Below, one piece after another: positions 12,301-22,370 of a DNA stretch of 64,000 nt. A model generated the notes under the pieces. It did not search any database, was not told the DNA's origin, and saw only the letters and a program-made list of their open reading frames with translations. Every line of letters begins with the position of its first letter. Position 1 is the first letter of the stretch. A program made the position numbers and the translations under genes. Source of the stretch: Trichodelitschia bisporula (Eukaryota); NCBI GenBank assembly GCA_010356995.1, contig ML996687.1, positions 1,489,803-1,553,802 on the forward strand. Reading direction: 5' to 3'.

Positions 12301-12713
12301 GACGACAGTGGCTGCTGTTCGGAGGGACCCTCCACGACATCATTCCCTTGCGGCGGCATGCCGTGCTCAGCACTCGGAAGTCCTTGTCGAGCACCAACTT
12401 CAGCGCGCTCTCCCTGTTGGGACGCGCTTTCGACCTGGCCGCTGGGAGTCTCATCCAGCCGTCGTCGTTTGGAGACTTGCTCTTGGTCGGTATTCGTCCC
12501 GTTATCGTTTGCCGGACGCTTTGCTGGCGGCCGCTCTGTCCCGTCCACTGAAGCTCGAATCCCCCGCTCTCCTTCCACGATCCTCGGGCCGGAGTGAAAG
12601 CGTTGGACAGAGAGGTCGCTAATGCCTGAAATGGACTCGAATAGAACGTCTGGAACTTCGTATCGGCGCCGTAAAGCGAGAGGAAGGTCGCAGATGGAAG
12701 GCCAAATCAACAT
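9303..12713 (-). CDS. Large orphan protein (>=1136 aa) with about 9 degenerate internal repeats; 5' exon(s) uncertain (possibly from ~13222)
   Basis: 3.4-kb uninterrupted ORF whose frame stays open upstream to ~12875. Repeat consensus STSTNLPPGASSG.EQQGIPEGQSE. Non-repetitive C-terminal domain of ~200 aa. Confidence 0.7.
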   Translation of the reverse strand: MLIWPSICDLPLALRRRYEVPDVLFESISGISDLSVQRFHSGPRIVEGERGIRASVDGTERPPAKRPANDNGTNTDQEQVSKRRRLDETPSGQVESASQQGERAEVGARQGLPSAEHGMPPQGNDVVEGPSEQQPLSSESSSTDVPPLESVHPEQDPEVALLEQQRTPAGQSESQRTPVESTSTNLPSRAPSGRARQRFLEAERIFLEAERDFLQAQRRALTIQNRILEAQHDHLWEPTEHTSTDLRPGTSSDHGQQGIPKGQSESSGGDSGGNALQITHRQLVANHIQAYLQEPPETRVESTSTTISPGTSSGHEQRVVLEDFPAFSQASGGLSIEQQIHREEQVLNGLRQRLEGQARLLAEHSNRVILWRPREPNQILLWQPAENRENQTGSQLEPTGNNSANLPSVASSGHEHQELPEGQPEGSGRSELTLAQVRLYQGIVERTRPLAENRQQIFNQLALNCYLLPSEPTEDSNDILIQQLAQNHYQLNRVLAWLHSQTRVQLLPLNRESQSNSRLEPAELNFTNLPPGASSDQQRQGIPEGQSEGRREGRREALQQTFRRRLVECPHGRVLRALFADYERELAQNRESQSDSRQEPTGSISADFPPGASSSHVYQGISEGQSEVGGADRWEIVRQIFRRRLAVTPHARLLRELHANHERELARNRQGQSNSQRELAEITSTDLPPGAWSGPEQQEIPEGQFEGRRGPSWETSLQILERRLAANNNQALLQELRESPVESTSTNLPPPASSGQSLDKLVRHGLSLYQRIPRWQEQVDRRRQRIEDHANRLSGYHNQMFRSHQSQLDSQMEPAGSTSTGLPLGRSSGRESQGIPVDRRGPNGYTLREIYTVQLAMHHARQLVENRQQLLDQLAEQPYQTVFRQLAENPAQIDWQVAQSLFWIRQQLVENQTQLDRQLDEIRNQERRRQRAVDRERLRTPAPRQTDLQVLDRAITDIAARGLLQTDIRVQDGIPMANGQDSDAIIVREHNDDRIVLQQNRMSIIYTRPVIEANPQYPDQDLIHVNPFTPAHTLPPRYWHLRTPHGVIRAESSLTRGLWVIRTTPRTTPDRDVYIWCTPSRTHSLVLNFGGAWCQEHQERVPNGHVCFFYSSVPSDTREDKEWVLGRSNGRVFEFI

Positions 12714-13423
12714 GATTGAAATGACAATATTGCTTAAGGATAGCGATGTAACTGTTGGCAGATGCGCAATTGGAGGCGCGAACGATGGAGCTAATGGCGA
12801 AAATTTACCGTTATGATGTCGTCTACGGAAGAGCTGAAATGTGGCAGATGAATTGGCATGCAGAGTTGAGAAGTATCAGGTCCATCTTAGCCCATGGAGC
12901 TTGCCGGTAAACAGATAGCCATCGCGGCTTCTTCTTCTGACAAGACGGAATCAGTGAACTTGTCCTAACATCTTGGGATCCCGGAAAGGAGCATCCGCGG
13001 CCAACTCATGCACGGTACTTTCCAGTGGGCATCATGGTTTCTTGATCCATCCCGATGATGAACATCACAGTTCTTGACGATCTGCTCGGTCGAACATGGG
13101 GAATGCGTGCTGAGAAACTGGTTCGCCCTTTCCTCCACCCGGTCGGCCATTGCTTCCATTCCAGCCTGTTGATGCGGCAGCAGCTGAGTGTACACACGAT
13201 CTTTATACCGCGCTGTTGACATCCCGACATCAATTACACCACACAAGCCAAACCCGGATCTTCAATCTATATGGATAGCAACAGCACCAGCATCCGAGCA
13301 CTCATTGTATGATCATTCGCTGAGTACTCATCGCATCATTATTTACCACCAACCAATTACTCCCAACTCTCATTCAGCGATCATCACACTACTACCACCC
13401 AGCAAATCTATACGCTCAGTTTC

Positions 13424-15406
13424 ATGCTTCCCGTTCACCCCCGCCCCATCAGCAGGGGCCCTGCCGACCTCAAGAACCCCATCGCATCAGGACGCCCAGC
13501 CACTCCCACGGAGACCACTCCTGTCCCCGTCCCCAACCCCGCTCCTTCAACGTGGACGCCCATTCACTCGAACCCCATTCTCATCCCGAAGAAATTGACC
13601 GAGGAGAGAGGACGTGCGGAGAGAGAAGGATCCGGGGACAGCTTATATGATGAGCCCACTGTTCCAAAGCGCCAACCCTCTCCCACGAGAACCGCTCCCC
13701 TTCCCGCCAAGAAACCCGCTCTAACGTGGGCGCCCATTCACTCGAACCCCATTCCCATCCGTCGCGTTCGTTGGAAGGGAGACCCGGAGGACTTGCCCGA
13801 GGAGAGAAGACGTGCGGAGAGAGAAGGATCCGGGGACATCTCAAAGGATGAGCCCCCTGTTCCAAAGCGCAAACCCACTCTCACGAAACCCCCTCTCCAT
13901 CCCGCCAGCAGACCCGCTCCGTTGAGTCCATTCTTGTCCAGGACAAACATTGCCATCGGCCGCTCAAAAGCCACTGCTCCTGCCCTGGACACTGGACCCC
14001 CATATCGCACATCAAAATTTCCCCGGCCCCCACCAGAGCCGGACAACCCTCTTCAGGAGTCTTGTGCCATAGAGTCAGAGTCAGAGGTCGAGTGGGTGGA
14101 CGATTCAGAGTCAGACAATTCGGAGCACGGCTCGTCGGAGGATGCCCCGTCGGAGGCTATCACGTCGGGGACTCTCTCGCTGGGGTATCTCGAGCGGAGG
14201 CCTGTCAAGCAGGGGCCTGTCTTGCGGACTCCTTTGCCGCGGACTCCCGTCTTGCGGAGGCGTTTTCCGCGGTCTCCTTTCCCGCGGTCCCCTTTCACGC
14301 GGTCTCCTGTCTTGCGGAGGCCTGTCTCACGGAAGCCTGCCCTGCCGCATCCTTTTCAGCGGCAGCCTGTCCAGTCGCGGCCTATCCCTCTAGCGGTCGG
14401 GCCGGGGTCAGCCTCGCCGGAGGGTTTCCCGCCGGACCTTGTCGCACCGGGTGTTCCGCTTTTTCCTGGTGCTCAACAACCAGCAATTCTCCGATACGCC
14501 CCACTTGACTCTTATATGATTACCACTGCTCAGCGTGGTCTAGATCCTCTAGTGGGCACTCATCGGGTCAGTCAATGGGTTCCCGATCCGGTTAGGGACT
14601 CCCCAGATGAGCGCCGGATCAGTCATTGGTTTTCCACTCAGGATAGAGACTCCCAAGACGAGCGCTCTCGCCAGGCCCGCCGGGACTCTGTCCCATCGGA
14701 GCGTGCCCCATCAGAGCGTGCCCCATCAGAACGTGCCCCATCAGAGCGTGCCCCATCGGAGCGTGTCCCATCGGAGCATGTCCCATCGGAGCGTGGCCCA
14801 TCGGAGCGTGGCCCATCATCGGAGCGTCTCCCATCGGAGCGTGCCACATCGGAACATCCCCCATCGGAGCGTCCCCTACTGGAGCGTCCCCCATCGGAGC
14901 GTGCGCCATCGGAGCGTGCGCTATCGGAGCGTATCCCGTCGGTGCCTGCCCAGCCAGTGCCTGCCAAGCCGGTACCTGCCTCGCCGGTGCCTACCCAGCC
15001 GGTACCTACCCAGCCGGTGCCTACCTCGCCGGTACCTGCTCCGCCGGTGGCTGTCCCCGCTCCGCCGGTGGCTGTTCCGCCGGTGCCTACCCAGCCGGTG
15101 CCTACCCAGCCGGTGCCTACCCAGCCGGTACCTACCGAGCCGGTGTCTGCCTCGCCGGTCCCTGCCCAGCCAGTGCCAGTCCCGCCGCCTTCGAGGGCCG
15201 ATCGCACGAAGGGCGTGCTTCGAGCGATGCGGAAAGGCGTTTTATGTATCATAGATCCGTGCGGATGCTGCTTACGCAGTACTGCAACTGACGAGGAGAG
15301 AATACTCGTGGATGATTCAAACGAGGGTAGTCAAGGGGCGGAGGGTGGAGGCGGTCGCAGCCCCGAGCCGCACACAGGTACCACCACCTCCTTCGACCAA
15401 ACGTAG
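13424..15406 (+). CDS. Pro-rich orphan protein (660 aa) with tandem pentapeptide repeats
   Basis: 2-kb ORF. Duplicated N-terminal block (TW.PIHSNPI...EERxRAEREGSGD), PSERA and PVPTQ arrays, Cys cluster LCIIDPCGCCLR near the C-terminus. Confidence 0.65.
   Translation: MLPVHPRPISRGPADLKNPIASGRPATPTETTPVPVPNPAPSTWTPIHSNPILIPKKLTEERGRAEREGSGDSLYDEPTVPKRQPSPTRTAPLPAKKPALTWAPIHSNPIPIRRVRWKGDPEDLPEERRRAEREGSGDISKDEPPVPKRKPTLTKPPLHPASRPAPLSPFLSRTNIAIGRSKATAPALDTGPPYRTSKFPRPPPEPDNPLQESCAIESESEVEWVDDSESDNSEHGSSEDAPSEAITSGTLSLGYLERRPVKQGPVLRTPLPRTPVLRRRFPRSPFPRSPFTRSPVLRRPVSRKPALPHPFQRQPVQSRPIPLAVGPGSASPEGFPPDLVAPGVPLFPGAQQPAILRYAPLDSYMITTAQRGLDPLVGTHRVSQWVPDPVRDSPDERRISHWFSTQDRDSQDERSRQARRDSVPSERAPSERAPSERAPSERAPSERVPSEHVPSERGPSERGPSSERLPSERATSEHPPSERPLLERPPSERAPSERALSERIPSVPAQPVPAKPVPASPVPTQPVPTQPVPTSPVPAPPVAVPAPPVAVPPVPTQPVPTQPVPTQPVPTEPVSASPVPAQPVPVPPPSRADRTKGVLRAMRKGVLCIIDPCGCCLRSTATDEERILVDDSNEGSQGAEGGGGRSPEPHTGTTTSFDQT
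14692..15185 (+). repeat. Two adjacent 15-nt minisatellites (ccatcggagcgtgcc-type, then ccggtgcctacccag-type)
   Basis: Directly visible tandem 15-mers encoding PSERA (to ~14940) and PVPTQ/PVPAS (~14940-15185). Confidence 0.9.
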
Positions 15407-16564
15407 GCGTTCCTTGCGGAGCACTTACAATGGGGAACGAGTGGTCCATGGTGGTGACCGAGGGATGGAGGCGCGTGAGAAAATGGAGGCTATCGAGACG
15501 AGTGCCATCTCGTGGTTGACAACGACGTGCGAGCGCAATGCTGTTATCTGCTGAGCGCCAAACTCACATAAGTAGAAGATGGAGAGTTTCTTTGCAAGCA
15601 AGAGAAGCTAACGATAACAGATGGCTGTATTTGCGGGATATCTTGGAGTACGAGGTGCATGGGAAGGGGTGATACGGCATGAGGGAATACGATGCGCACG
15701 CCCGTTTAAATTGCATTCGTTTTCAGGTTTACCAACACCCCATCATCTGTCGCTTGGTCGGTTAGATGGCCATTGAGAGCCGTTTTATTTGGCCTTGGCG
15801 CATACTCAGCGTGATTAAATTCAGAGGCAGACGAGGCTCAAACCCCACTTGTACTGATATATTCCATTAAAGTGATGAACCACATCGACCGGCCATGACA
15901 AGACTGCGGATGCTAACATGCGTTCATTCGCTTTGAATAGTGGTGCGGTGGCAAAGATCATGGTGATAGATGGTCGGAGAAAGGGAAAGCGCCATCAAGA
16001 GGGAGGTGAAGTTAAGCTTGACGTCAGAATGCGGCGCCAAGGCCGCAAGGCTGCAGTTTCGCCTTGATGCCTTGAGATGCCTCTTAGGTCGTCGTTGGGC
16101 AAGGGGGTCCAAGGGCTACCCGAAAAGGTCATTTCCCCCTCTCTCCAAAATTTGGCAGAGGTCATGTCGGCGGTGTGGACATGACTTTTTTTATGAGCCC
16201 TTGGCCCAGTCGGCCACGAGGGCGAACTTATGGAAGTCACAAGGGGTGGTGGGGAAAAGATGGACGGCTTTCAGCAGGTGAGCTCTAGGTCAACTGGAAG
16301 GAACTTGTCAGAAGTTGTTTACTCCGACCCGCAAGAGGGGGAGTCACCGTCAGTCTCCCGCGAGTATATGGAGCCGGCATTCCCTCCTCCAGTTCAGATT
16401 TTCAATCCCAAGTCTTTCTGTTGTCACATTGCATCCACACTCACAGAAATATTCTGTCGTTATCAATAAAGCTTGTTATTCTGATATAAACCGCAGCTCT
16501 TGCCAGCTTCCGTGCCGGACCTCCATCAACCCTAGCCTCGTCACCAAACGAACGCGCATCCACT

Positions 16565-17356
16565 ATGGCTGGTTGCATCACTCCTCACCCGCCCAACGAA
16601 CAGGGCCTCTCCCCAGCTCTCACGGCCCCTCTCGCACTGCAGGACATCCAAAACCACTACTGGCCCAATGCCACGCCCGTCGACAGGGCGCGATACTTGC
16701 TGAACTCGACAGCTAGCGACCCCGACCGACTCGCCTTCATCATGCTCTTCTGGAACGCCAATCCGCGTTGGAAAACTCACAAAGCCCTCTTTGCTAAGAC
16801 GAAAGTCAACATCCTCCCGGGCTACCTCCCGCCGTACCAGTTCGAAGACGCGGATACGCAGACCTCACTCCCCGCCATCAAGCCCATTCCCTCCGTCGTG
16901 CACGTCCCAGCAGGCCCGCAACGCCCCATCGCTGTGTACGAGAGAGTCAGCAGGCGCGGTCCCTTTGCATTCGCGGGCTGGCATACGGTGGAACGCGTCG
17001 AGTTCCTGCGACCGCGGTCCAAGGCGCTGTTGCGCATGCTGGAACAGAAATGGGCGTTGGAGGACCGGAAGGAGGACCGGAAGGTTGAGCGTGGTTCGAA
17101 AGTGTGGAACCGAAGTGTTGGTGTGGAGTGGGCGGTTGTCCAGCTTGCGGTGTGCCGGGATGCGGGTCCGCCGCCGACGATTCCGCACCGCGAGCCGGAG
17201 GATAGGGAGGGCCCGAGGGTAACACTGCCTGGGCTTTGGTCTGTGAAGGTCCCAGGGTTGTCCGTGGCTGCGCTTAGGTCTGGGGAGCGCGTGAGCGTGT
17301 CGTTGGCTGCGCTCAGAGCCAGGTCTGCTAATGCTGGTGCGGTGCGTGAGGCGTGA
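16565..17356 (+). CDS. Conserved-looking fungal hypothetical protein, 263 aa
   Basis: Globular-looking motifs LNSTA..P..LAFIMLFWNANPRW, PIAVYE, FAGWH.VERVEFL.PRS..LLRMLEQKW and WAVVQL resemble an uncharacterised Pezizomycotina family (from recall, not searched). Confidence 0.7.
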   Translation: MAGCITPHPPNEQGLSPALTAPLALQDIQNHYWPNATPVDRARYLLNSTASDPDRLAFIMLFWNANPRWKTHKALFAKTKVNILPGYLPPYQFEDADTQTSLPAIKPIPSVVHVPAGPQRPIAVYERVSRRGPFAFAGWHTVERVEFLRPRSKALLRMLEQKWALEDRKEDRKVERGSKVWNRSVGVEWAVVQLAVCRDAGPPPTIPHREPEDREGPRVTLPGLWSVKVPGLSVAALRSGERVSVSLAALRARSANAGAVREA

Positions 17357-18236
17357 AGTTTATGCGGCTGTGCTACTGTGCTAATTGTGATGCTGCTAGA
17401 CTGACGAGTGAAGGTGGATTCGTGATGGTCGACCGCGAGGGTAGAACGTAAAGGGCACATCGTGGTGGTGTCACCCAAGGCGCCCGCGTAAAAGTAGATG
17501 CAAGCGGTGCAACGCACGCACAGTTTGGCAAGTCTCTCTTGCTGCGAACGCATTTGCTAATATTATGCAGCGTACACGGTTCATTGGATAAGTTCTCCGG
17601 TAGGGTGCATTACATATCAAGCAGGGCGTCTGGGCAAACGGCGAATAGCGAACACGACCACAAATTTAGCATATTTTCGACCGTAGCAATCGCTTCTATT
17701 TTCTAGATCTTCCAGATCTCGGGTCATGATCCCAAAAACCAGTGCTACAGCCTTTCCCCAGCCTTACCTGTCCTTCACTCCTCACACGCTACGTGGAGCC
17801 ACTGCCAACCTCCGGCACCCATATCCCAAACAGGCAGTCCGCCGCGCCACACACTGCCCGGTAGATGCCGCAAGCCATCCGTAACGGGCCTGCCGCATAG
17901 CCGTCCATATTGGCACTCTACATGCCAGCTCCGTGCCCTGCAGTTAATGCCCCGCGCCGGGCCGATCCCTGCATGTTCCGAGCATCGGGCCAAACAGCGG
18001 TCCGAGCCCCATGCTCCCGACGACTCATTGTCGGCGATAGCACGCGTAGTGTGGTACAAGCCTCCGGGTACGATCGCGAACCAGTGTCGGATCCACGCAC
18101 TAATCTAGCCTTGAGTGCGGCGTCCGCCAATCGCTAATATCCCTTCCAGCATGGTAAACCTATACGCCGCCTCCCGCCCCACTGGCCGCACGACAGCAAC
18201 ACTCACTGGGTGCACGACAGGAACATACACCCCGTC

Positions 18237-20430
18237 ATGCCGCACCTCACCCTCGGGCTGCTCGCCCTCGCGGCGTCCGCCGTTGCCCGCTTGTCCACCT
18301 CCGAGTCCGCAACGCACATGCACATCACCTCCCCGCGCCTCGTCGTCGCAATCAACAAGTCCTACGGCGTAGTCGACACGCTAGTGCTCGACGGCATCGA
18401 CCTGCTAGGCCCAACAACCTTCACCGCCCCAACGCCCGGCGAATCCTCAACCCCCGGCTTCACCGTCAACGGCACCGACCCCGCCACGGCCATCAGTGGC
18501 GTAGGGCCCTACCTCGACTGCCACTGCATCCCCGACGGCAGCGGCGCCTGGACGCCCGGCACCGGCGGCGCGGAGTACGAAGCCTTCGCAGGGAGCGATG
18601 CGCGCGGCACGGCGTTCGTGGGCGTGCGCATGCAGGAGCGCTGGCCGTATTCCGGGCAGGTCCTGAGCCAGACGTGGGTGCTGAGGAATGGGGAGACGGG
18701 CGTGCACACGTGGACGGGTGTTGAGTATCCGGTTGATAACCTAGGCCCGACGCGGGATGTGCTCCAGGAATTGCGCGTGCTGTTTCGCCCGTCTACGCGG
18801 CTGTGGACGCATATGCTCCCGGCGGAGGGGTGGGTGGTTCCGCTGCCGCGGCCGGAGAGCGTGGCGGGGGGGAAGAGGGTGCAGGATGCGAGCTTCGATC
18901 TCAGTGGCTTTCCGGACGATCCGTATGTGCGGGCTAATGGGCCGTACTTCAGCAAGTACATCTTCGCCACGCCAGCCTCGGCGCAATCCATCTACGGGCT
19001 GTACACGCCCGGCAGCCCAGGCGCTCCCACCGCTCCTGCCACAACAAACTCCACCGCCTCACCCAACGACGCCTTCGCCGCCCTCCTCCTCCGCGCCAGC
19101 TCAACCTCCTACGGCGGCCCCCACCGCACAGACCTCACCACCGACGGAATCCTCTACGACTACCTGGTCAGCAACCACTTCGGCGCGCATCCGCCCGCGC
19201 TCACGCCCGGCTATTCGCGCGTCTTCGGGCCGGCGTACTGGCACTTCTCCCACGCGCCCGCCGGCACCGTGCCCGATGTTTTCTACGCAGAGGCGCGGCG
19301 GGCTGCCCGTGCGGCCCGCGAGCAGGGCATGTATGATGCTGTTGCGAAGAGGAAGCTTGTGCCTGGGTACGTGGCGCCGGGGTCGACGGGGACGTTTCGG
19401 GGGAGGGTGAAGGTGCCGCGGCATGGGGGGGATGTGATGTTGATTCTTAGTGCGCCTGGGCTGGATGTGCAGAGGAATGCGGATGCGCCGGGGGCGTTCC
19501 AGTACTGGAGCCCGGTGGGGACGGATGGGAGTGTGAGGATTAAGGATGTGGTGCCGGCGAAGTATCGCGTTACGGTGCAGGCGAGGGGTGTGTGGGGTGA
19601 GTTTGTGGATGATGCGGTGGAGGTTAAGGCTGGGAACGGGACGGGGGTGTGGACCGGAGAATGGGTGGAGGAGCAGGCGGGGGAGGAGGTCTGGCGGGTT
19701 GGGACGCCGGATGGGTCGGCGGGGGAGTTTCGGCACGGGGACGTACCCGTCGGCCATCCCGCCGCCGCTGCTGCCGGGCCGAATCTAGCCGGGTGGAACG
19801 CATCAGCCCCGACCCTCGGCATGGCCGAGTACCGCAACTTCTGGGCCAGCTACAATTTCCCCACCGACTTCCCCTTCGGCGTGCGCTTCCTGATCGGGAA
19901 AAGCACCGAGCGGCGGGACTGGAACTACGTGCACTGGGCGAGTTGGCCCGGAGCTAGCGACGAAGGGGGGCAGGTCAGCGTGTGGTCGGTATTGTGGGAC
20001 GGGAAGGAGGGTGCGGCGGATAAGATGGCCAGGAGGGCGACGCTTACGATCCAGCTGGCGGGTGCGAAGACGGCGAATGGAAATTTGCATTCGGATACCG
20101 GGCGGAAGTGGGGGGATGTGCCGCTTGCGGTCGGAGTTAATGGGAAGGAGGTGGGCGTTTGGGTTATTCCGTGAGTTGAGTTGCTGAGGGGAGGGAGGGT
20201 GGAAGGCTGACCTGACCGGCAGACATGATACCTCGTCTTCGTGCGCCATCCGCTCGGGAATTAGTTGCTACACGATTCGGCACCAAATTCGATTCCCGGC
20301 TGCGCTGCTCCGTCCGGGTCGGAATGAGTTGACGCTCAAGTTGCCCGCGGCGGCGGCGGCGAATGAGACGGCGGATTTGCCTGGGCAGGTGTATGTACAG
20401 TATGATGCGCTCAGGCTGGAGATTGGGTAG
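18237..20430 (+). CDS. Secreted rhamnogalacturonan lyase, polysaccharide lyase family 4
   Basis: Signal peptide MPHLTLGLLALAASAVA. Motifs GPYLDCHC, LQELRVLFRP, VQDASFDL, YFSKY, DGILYDYLVSNHFGA, DWNYVHW. After intron 20171-20222 comes SSCAIRSGISCY...YVQYDALRLEI. Confidence 0.92.
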
Positions 20431-22343
20431 ACTGGTGTATATATACTGCGTATGCATAGTAGCTGTAGGAACTGAGAAATGTTAGAGGATTACAGCATCC
20501 GGGGCGGGACGGGTTCTACAAACCGCCTCGTAAGAACCGGCCCGGCTCAGAGTTGACCCTACCCTCCGATCCCGAGCCGAGCCGCACACAGACCAGGCCA
20601 GCAGCCAACGTCCAGACCCCCTCCCAGCGGCCACACATTCCCACAGCCCCGCTCCGGGCCAAAACCCAGCCTGCCACGCAACTCAACCGTTGCCACGGGC
20701 ACACATCCGGCACAGCCTCTCTTCCCTCGACGAGCCCAACACGAGAGACTGCAACACCCGCGCATCCGCGTACCCCGCCCATCACACCAGCCTCCCATAG
20801 CAGTGTGCCACAAACCATCTCCATACTCACCCTTGCCCAGTCCCTGCCCTCGCCTTATTACCCCCTTGGACACCCAGCCCACTTACCGCAGCCAGCTGTA
20901 TTGTGTAACAACCCCGCAATGCGCTGTCCGCGCCTGATCAGCCTGGGGTGCCAGCACCCACGTGCCAACCGTAGGCCAGCCAGCCAGGTAGCAACAGCGG
21001 CAGGGTTTGCCACCAATTCAACTACTGGCCTGCCAACCCACTCAATTGACGAGCAAGGACACGGCAGTCCTGCTGGTCGTGCCGAAGAGGGCAAAAAAGC
21101 TCGGAAACATCGGGTCTCGGGGCGAGAGGAGTGGAGGGAGTTATGTATACTGTGCCTCCATCTTGAACTGTACCAGTACCCTACGGAAGTTGGATGGGCT
21201 GGGATGTACAAAGTAAAAATATGCGTCTGCATTACCGGGGCTGCCGTAACGACGGGAACGCACGTCTAGAGCCCCGCTGCGGTCTGGAACCTCCAGGCGC
21301 GGGCGGTACTGAAGGTGTACCATAGTACGTCGTGCAAAGAGTATGGCCACTTACGCCCCCATCTACAGCGGGCCGATCTGCAATCGGCGCCGTTGGCAAC
21401 GCGGATCCGCGTCGCCCAGGCCACGCAGCACTACGCCTGCTCAAGAGTAAGGCTGGAAAGCCAGCGGAGGGGATGATCGGCGGATCAGCGTCGGGATGAG
21501 GCTAGGTGTGCTCCTCAGTCATATTCTGACCATCACAGTGCGTACCGGGCACGACTTCGAGGTTAGAAGCGAAATGAAATTCACACTGGGATGCGTGCGA
21601 GGCCACCGGCAGACCTACCAGCGTGCGCACATGCATTCGTGTGCGGTACACGCGATGACTGTACCTAGCTTCCACCCAACCCGCGTCCGCAGGCGCCTCG
21701 TCCACCACGCCGGGCCAAGCATATCTGTGCCGAGACCCACGGGCCTCGGGTCTCGGGACAAAGCCTACTGCCAGCGATGGGGCTGGGGCAAGATGAGGCG
21801 GTGATGTGCCAGTAACGTGGCAGTCCAGCGTGGCGGGCTGTTGGCGGTTTTTAGTTTTTTTCAGCCTCATGGACAGCGTGCTGGGAGGGGAAGAGAAGGG
21901 CAGGGGATGAGGGTAGGGATGTGCGGGACGGAAAGCATGGGAAGGGGGGAAGGCTGAGCTTGGAGGCCGGCAATGTCGGGATATGGAAGAGTTGGGTTAG
22001 AGGATGCAGGTCATCGGCGAGTTGGGCATGGATAGGGCCAGGGCTACCGTCCGAGACTCTGTTGGCATAGGGGATTGGATGTGGGGCGTTCGGCTCTCAT
22101 CATGAAGCACCTTAAATGCAGAGAAGAATCGGTACACAGGACGATAGGATGCTAGTGGATGGACGAGATGTCGGAGTTTTGGGGTCGAGAAAAGACGAGA
22201 AAGAAACGAGAAAAGCTCGGAGCCGATGGTTGGACAGAAGACGCTGAGCGGAGAGTGAATAGGCTTGAGTGGAGCGACGAAAATGGAGATGACATTGACA
22301 AAGAAGAGATGGGAGCGGCAGGAGCTCGAGTGGCTATTGGTAG

Positions 22344-22370
22344 TGTTGACTGTTGACTGTTGACTGTTGG
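22344..22370. repeat. (TGTTGAC)n short tandem repeat, about 4 units
   Basis: tgttgac tgttgac tgttgac tgttgg. Confidence 0.8.

Noticed and set aside
14607..15254. Several alternative-frame and antisense ORFs over the 15-nt arrays; superficially CRISPR-like
   Set aside because: Tandem 3n repeats without spacers keep all frames open. The locus is eukaryotic and has no cas genes.
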